This document shows, one piece after another, positions 57,115 through 64,000 of a DNA stretch of 64,000 nt. The DNA comes from Eledone cirrhosa (Eukaryota). Each line of letters starts with the position of its first letter. Positions within the stretch are counted from its first letter, which is position 1. The position numbers were made by a program, and so were the translations under genes. Location: assembly GCA_964016885.1 (NCBI GenBank), contig OZ024742.1, positions 343,542,001-343,606,000 of the forward strand. The letters are read 5' to 3'. The notes beneath the pieces are model-generated. The model did not search any database. It worked only from the letters and a program-made list of their open reading frames with translations, and was not told the origin of the DNA.

Positions 57115-59916
57115 ATTCACACACGGCCGTCTGGCACACCACCAAATCGAACAGCGAGCTCAGGCGGCTTCAGAAGATCCCACTCAGGATTCCGAGAGCG
57201 GCCCGGGTGCCGGCAGCCGATGCCTTCGCTTCCTCGATTGAGAGTGCCCTGGACTCCAATCGAGCCAGCGACTGGGAGCGATTCTTTTATTTCGCCCCAC
57301 TCGCCCTCGGCCTCTCCAGCTCTGGCGCTGACCGAGGCGGACGGTCGACAGCAGCCTTCGTCAAGGCCAATGTTTCGTCCTTTGGGCAAGCACCCATTCG
57401 TAGCGTACTAGGGACGCCACCCCCCCACCCTCGGGTACCCCCTATCCTCCACCCCTGAGGCCAGCGCCAAGCGTTTGCGTGACCGCGTAAATGCCAAATT
57501 AATCATGGGTGATGTCACGGCCGCAGTCAGAGTGGTTGCCTCAGAGGACACTGTCCTCCAACCCACCGAGAAGGTCCTGGCCGCCCTGCGACTCAAGCAC
57601 CCTGAGCCACCCGCTGATCTCAGACTCATACCCCTACCCGATCCCCACTTGTTCCTTGTGGCTTCCGACGCAGACATCATGTCCGCCATCAAGTCCTTCC
57701 AGCTACCAGCAGTGGAGGTGATGATGGGTCCGACCAGGCCACCTCAAGGAGTTGCTATCCACCCTCTCCACTGAGGCCCGGCGCCGCCTTCTGAGTGCAA
57801 TTGTGGCACTGACCAAATAGGCTTATTCATGGAACCCTGGACCCTCACGCCCGAGGCCTCTCTTTTTCGGCTAGGCTCACCGCTCTCAGGAAGAAAGAGG
57901 GTGGCATACGCCCCATCGCTGTGGGCAATGTCTTCCGGAGGCTGGCTGCCAAGGTGGTCTGCAGGTCCATAACACCCGAACCGGGTGAGGAGTTCAGTCC
58001 GGTGAAACTGGGTGTCGGCGTGTTAGGTGGCTGTGCGGGGGCCGCACATGCAACCAGGCAGTTCTTCAACAGCTGCCCACCGGAATCGGCATCCAGGGAC
58101 TCCAGGCACCTCATTGTCAAGCTTGACATGAGGAATGCCTTTAACTGCTTACGCCGGGACCATCTGCTCGATGCCTGCCTCAGCCGAGCCCCCTCTGCCT
58201 ACCCGCTGGCCTACCTGTCGTATAGAGCCCATAGCATGCTCCTTGCTGCTGATACGGTCATACCTTCGGCCACTGGGGTCCAATAGGGCGACGCTTTGGG
58301 CCCCCTCCTGTTTGCCCTTGGTATAGACCACATCACCCTCAGTATCACGGCCCCTCTCAACGTTTGGTATCTGGATGATGCTACGTTGGGCAGGCCTGTA
58401 GAGACTGTCTGCCATGACCTACAATCGGTGATTCCTGCTCCAGGTTAACACGGCCAAGTCGGAGGTGGTGAATGTCAGCCACAACGCTGAGAGCTTTGCA
58501 ACCCCCACCTCGGACGTGCAGTCTATTCTCCACCAGGTACAGGTATGTCCTCTTCCTCGGGTCACCGACCCACTCGCCAGCCACCCGCTCCACCTTCAGG
58601 TCCAGGCTTCAACAACTCCAGACCCTCTCGAGCCAACTGGGCTTGATCGACGGCCACCCAGCTCTCTTTCTGTTGAGGAACTGCTTCGCCATGCCGAAGT
58701 TCCTCTATACCCTTCGCAGCGCTCCGTGCTACACCCACGCATCTCTCCTCACTGACCTCAATACTTGTATCCGATCAGCAGCCGAAGAGATATGCAACGT
58801 CAGCTTTGACGACATTGGATGGCAACAGGCCACTTTACCTGTCAGGTATGATCTCTTGGCTTCCGGTCCCCGATCTCACTGGCTTTGCTGGCGTTTCTTT
58901 CGTCGGTGACCTCATGTCGCGTCCTCTTCAGCATCGTTCTACAAAACACAATAGACCCCTCTGTGTTCAGAGAACGTGAGGCCGCCTGTGAGACGTGGGA
59001 CCGGCTGGGGCTTAACCCAGTAGACGTCCTTTCTCCTCTTCCCCCTGCTGACGTCAAGTTACCCCAAAGCACTTGGAATGCCATCCAGTGCAGCCTGGCT
59101 TCAGACAGGCTCACGCACCAGCTCGACCAGCATCGCCTTGCCTGTTTTCGTGCGGCCTTCAAACCCCACAACGGTGCCTGGCTCCATGCCCTGCCCTCCT
59201 CACTGTCACTGGCACGCAGCTAGACAACAATAGCCTGCGCATCGGCGTTTCCTTGAGGCTCGGCCTCCGGATCTGCGAGCCCCACCAATGTCGCTGTGGA
59301 TCCACCGTGGACACTCTCGGCCTCCACCCGCTTTCCTGTCACCACAGTGCCAGCCGCCTTCCACGTCATGCTGCCCTCAACGAGGTCATTAATCATGGCT
59401 TGGACGCTGCAGGCTTCCCTTCCCAGTTCGAGCCGGTGGGGCTGGACCGAGTGGACGGCAATAGGCCAGATGGTATGACCATCTTCCCGTTCCGCGGTGG
59501 CAAACACCTCGACTGGGATGCCACTTGCACCGACACTTTCTGCAGCCGCAATCTGGCGCAGTCTGCGACTAACCCAGGTTCTGCTGCACGTCGGGCTGAG
59601 GGGGCGAAACTCCTCAAATATCGGTCGCTCTCCGACAGGTTTGCGGTTGTACCCTTGGCAGTGGAGACTTCTGGTGTATTCGGTCCTAAGGCTACCTCCC
59701 TACTCACCATCATAGGCGCTGAGTTGGCCAGCCGAAGGTCTGAGCTCCGCGAGCTGGAATGGCTTTTCCAGCGCGTCTCCCTTGCCTTCCTCCGAGGAAA
59801 TACCTTCTCCATTCTGTCCGCCGGTGCTGTGGGGGAGACAAGGGAGACGCGCAAGGAGGACGGCAAGGGAGACGCGCTAATGGAATGGCCATGACAATGC
59901 CCCCCCCCCCCCCCCC
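57115..59916 (+). mobile_element. CRE-clade non-LTR retrotransposon (RT + restriction-like endonuclease), decayed
   Basis: GC-rich island. IPRAAR, GGIRPIAVGNVFRRL, KLDMRNAFN, GVQ*GDALGP, WYLDD, GAWLHALP, CxC..H..C, RH, RPDG, WDATC, AVETSG, LRGN. Several frameshifts and stops. Confidence 0.88.
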
Positions 59917-60206
59917 AAAGGCATCAGAATCACAACATCCTGTTAACCCCTACTACCCCAAACTACTCTGTTTGTAAGAAAGTCAAAATGAAACCAATAA
60001 TTGAGACACTCCATCATGTCTTCTCAATAGTTATGTTGATACTGACTCATAAAGACAATATGTTTGTCACATGACATGAAACGTTCAGAAATATCTCAGA
60101 GAAAAGGTCTTATTATACAGAATCAATAATGACAGAACACGATTATAAGAGCCATCAACACTAGCAGAGAAAGTGACATATATATATCTATATATCTATC
60201 TGTGTG

Positions 60207-60249
<43 letters not shown>

Positions 60250-60331
60250 AGCAACAAAGGCGGTCCCCAGCATGGCCTCAGCCGAATGGCTGGAACAGGT
60301 AAAAGAGTATACATATATATATTTATATATT

Positions 60332-60432
<101 letters not shown>

Positions 60433-60436
60433 CTCA

Positions 60437-60553
<117 letters not shown>

Positions 60554-60899
60554 GTTTGTGTATGCGTGTGTGTGAGTAGCGTTCATTTGTTCCAAGTTCT
60601 CGAATCTGTCATTGTTCAAATGACAAACACTTTATTGCAATTTATTAAAATGATTTTTTTTATCTTCATCCATCCAAATCTATCTATCTATCTATCTTAA
60701 GTTTTTGTCTTTTTGCATATAAAAAGCAAAAATTATTGTTTTAAAACATATACCACTGTATAGATTGACCCTCCGACTAAATTGTCAGTCGGTGGGTCAT
60801 TGAAAATTTCATAAAAATTTATAACAAATTGTTTTATCTATGAATGATAGGATTGAAGCGCTTCCCGCCATAAGTGGAAATGGGAGCGTTGAAATGAAT

Positions 60900-63800
60900 G
60901 TCACTATGGCAACAGGTAGTGACCGAGATAAATCACACCAAAACAAAAGTATGGAAACACATACGGCACCAAAAAAAATATTGAGCAAGAAAAAAACACA
61001 ACTTCACAAATGAACTCCACAACCACAAATCAAGCAATTGAGAACAACAAAAACAACAACAACAACAACAACGACAACAATGACAACAACAACAGCAACC
61101 ATAAAAAATCTTTTGCCACAATAAGCAAAGAAACTTTTACAAATATTGATATTTCCAATGGGAAGGAAATGATCAATGAAGGAAAAAACTATATTTCATT
61201 CGAGGAAAAAGGGGGATTTAAAATCACCTCTCCGCCAAAAACCAAAGCCGACACCATACGAAGGACTGTGAATTTTCGCACGATTTTGAACAAACAAAAA
61301 AAAAAACCGGCTCAAGGCGAAATTGAAATCGTCTTGAAAGAGGCAATGCCGGAAATACAATACATACAACGGGCTAAACTCTATGGAAGCATTTCGGTGC
61401 TCTTCAAAAGTGAAGCCTTTGCGAAAAAATACTCAGTGACCCCGGTTACCTCTGCCACACACTTTTTTCTCTACATACATGGGAAAAAGAACACAAATAA
61501 TAAACATCACCAATATACCACCCAACATTAACATCTGGTGGATTCTGGCAGGGTTCTTGGAGGAAGATGAAGACACAATATTGTCATTTAAAAATTCACA
61601 AGAAACAACTGGAACAGCACAAGCTTGGAAATTTTGGTCCAAATGAAACCGGACAGAATTTCCAAGATACCAAAAAGGGTGCCAATAGACAATACCAATT
61701 ATATCCACATTTCGGCAGATGGAGGGAGGCCACATTGTTTTAAATGCGCGAGCACATCGCATTTAAAGGCCCCCTGTCCCCTCTTACGAACAAACACCAA
61801 CACCCCCCAAAAAGTACTTTTACCAACACCAACTCCAAAACCACAACAACAACAACAACAGACAAAACAAGCAAACACACAAAAACAAATAACTATTTAA
61901 CTACAAACAACAGAAAAACACAAACAATTCCCCTGAAAAACACAGTCTCACCCCATCCCACTCCATCCAACACTACCACAATCACACACACAAACACACC
62001 ATCACCACACAACATACCCATCCCACACGCCCCTGATGACGATTCATCACCAGACGAAGCTACTTCTCCAACCCCAAATGAAGATGAAGGAGAGCCTCGT
62101 AAATAAAAAAACAAAACAAAAAAGAGACACCACAAAGCCACAAAAACAACAATCACCAACACAAACATACAACCACCAACACAAATAACAACACAAACAC
62201 CACCACAATCAACTCCCCCTACCAACAAAACAAACACCTACACCACCCCATACACAAATGCCCACCATAAAAAGAAAACTACAAAATGAACAACAAACCA
62301 AAACAACACAACAAAAATACAAACAACAATACACATACATTAACACAAACAACAAAAACCTAATGGAGGTCATCTCCCAAGACCCCAAAGTAGAAACAGG
62401 GGAAAACTTTTGTAAAAGCAAACTCTCAACCACACCTAAAACTAATAAGGGTTTCGATAGAGACCTATCAGACATTGAAAGAAAAGTTTTCACAGGACGT
62501 TGGCAACCCCTGCCAAAAACAAATAAACCGTGTCCTGTTGAAATGTTTCCCCACCCCACTCAACACCCCCACCAGAACTGAAATGGAGATTGAACAACCC
62601 GATCTCCAGGAAACAAAAATGTAAGTGAACCTTTTCGTCCTTTTTGCCAACTCTTCTCCACCAACATGGCTGACTTAAGAGTTGGAAGCGTGAATGTGCG
62701 TGGCCTAGGGATGCCCTGGAAATAGGGCCAACTTTTAAACGACCTTAGGTCACACTGTATAGTTGTAATAGCCATCTCCGAGTCCATGATCCACAATAGG
62801 CAGCAACTAACCCCCATCTTCAATGACTTTGAGATCTACGCATTTCTCTGTCAGCCGGGAGGTGGAGGGGGAGTGACTGTTATGTTTCAGAAAAACCTGG
62901 ATCTCGAAGTACAGCAAGTACACTTGGACCCGGAAGGTAGACTGGTAGTCCTAGACGTGAACAGTATTGGAGGTGGAGCCTTCAGACTGGTGGCCGTTTA
63001 TGCCCCGACCGGGCAATCACAATCGCGGCCAGACTTCTTAAAGCGTCTGGAGTCTTTTCTGTGAACGTCTCGCTCCTTGCTTTTAGTGGGGGACTGGAAT
63101 GGTATCCTAGATGCACGATGGGACTATGTGGGAGCATGTCCCAGTAGAGTGGGGTGCCCCAGCCTCAAAAATCTAATCGGCCAATTCCAACTGGCCGATA
63201 GATATCGACTAGATTTCCCAACTGTACCACAGTGGACGTGGGCAAACCGCAGCGGGACATCTAGATCGTATTTAGATAGGTTCTTCATTAGAGAAAAGGA
63301 CAAGGAGATGTTAAGCTGTCCACGAATGCACATAGTTGCCTACTCAGATCACAAATTAGTCGTCTGCTTAGTCAATCGTAATAGAATACATAGACAGGGA
63401 CCCGGATACTGGAAGCTGAACGTGTCGTTGCCGGCACGTATAGCTTACAGTGACGGATAAGTAGACTAGTCAAGCAACAGTTAACGGGAGCCATCATCAA
63501 CAATAGATGGTGGTACTCTCTCAAGAGAGCAATTAGAGTAGAATCGATAGGGTTTAGCAGAGAATTAGCTTTAGAGAAAAACAAATCAGAAACAGAACAA
63601 GTAGCCAAAGTAGAAGAAGCGCTTAGGAGTGGTAACGCAAATAGAGTGCTAGCATTGAGAACGGCACTAGACCAGTTCTTCGACGCGAAACACGAAAGCT
63701 GCGTGGACAGAAGTAAATAACGTGCTCTAGGAAACGAGGGGGCAAAAGCTGTTAGCTGGGCCCGAGTGGCGGAAGCGAAAAGTGGCAACAAGTCCACGAT

Positions 63801-64000
63801 TCGGTCTTTGAAAGACCAAAACGGACGCGTGCTACTTAACCCCAGGCAGATGTGCGCGGCCTTTCAGTGGCACTTTGCGCGACTGTTTGAGCAGAACGAT
63901 GGTGCACCGAACGGGGTAATGGACTTTGGTTCATACCTTGACGGCCTGCCGCGTCTCTCGGGCATGGACGCCGAGTTCTGCGAAAGACCGATCACAGTCA
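60900..64000 (+). mobile_element. Tx1/L1-clade LINE, decayed; ORF1 about 61010-62580, ORF2 from 62666, runs off the right edge
   Basis: ORF1 zinc knuckle CFKCxxxxHxxxxC. ORF2 APE motifs SVNVRGL, EGR, VYAPT, GDWN, SYLDRF, SDH, GYWKLN. Multiple stops. 5' boundary is approximate. Confidence 0.85.

Noticed and set aside
60120-60180. Hydrophobic peptide [14 protein letters not shown] as another SLC22 exon
   Set aside because: No convincing splice sites, an in-frame stop follows, and there is no family motif. Upstream exons were not found in the window.
60766-60905. Two hairpins each followed by TGAAA upstream of the Tx1 LINE
   Set aside because: No recognisable CUGANGA core or helix I. May be UTR structure, but I cannot support a ribozyme call.

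Overview
Eukaryotic, AT-rich animal genomic DNA. The SINE sequences and microsatellite density suggest a cephalopod/octopus (inference). 1-19.7 kb is a 44-46-bp satellite with nested higher-order structure. 19.7-52 kb is a dense retroelement nest built largely on (TA)n tracts. It holds PHD-bearing RTE LINE remnants, one intact Naiad-type Penelope-like element (PLE; 827-aa RT + GIY-YIG ORF, 1.2-kb pseudo-LTRs, 5' inversion), several truncated or fold-back PLEs, a hAT element with 8-bp TSD, an R4/Dong fragment and a non-autonomous Helitron. The main signal outside the ORF track is at least 7 distinct families (about 15 copies) of minimal type-I hammerhead ribozyme motifs, several with non-canonical cores. 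One lies inside a non-coding, terminally redundant 708-bp retrozyme-like unit. 52-55.6 kb carries the last three coding exons of a minus-strand SLC22-family transporter. A decayed CRE-clade element and a decayed Tx1/L1-clade LINE follow upstream of these exons. All calls were read by eye; no searches or folding programs were run.
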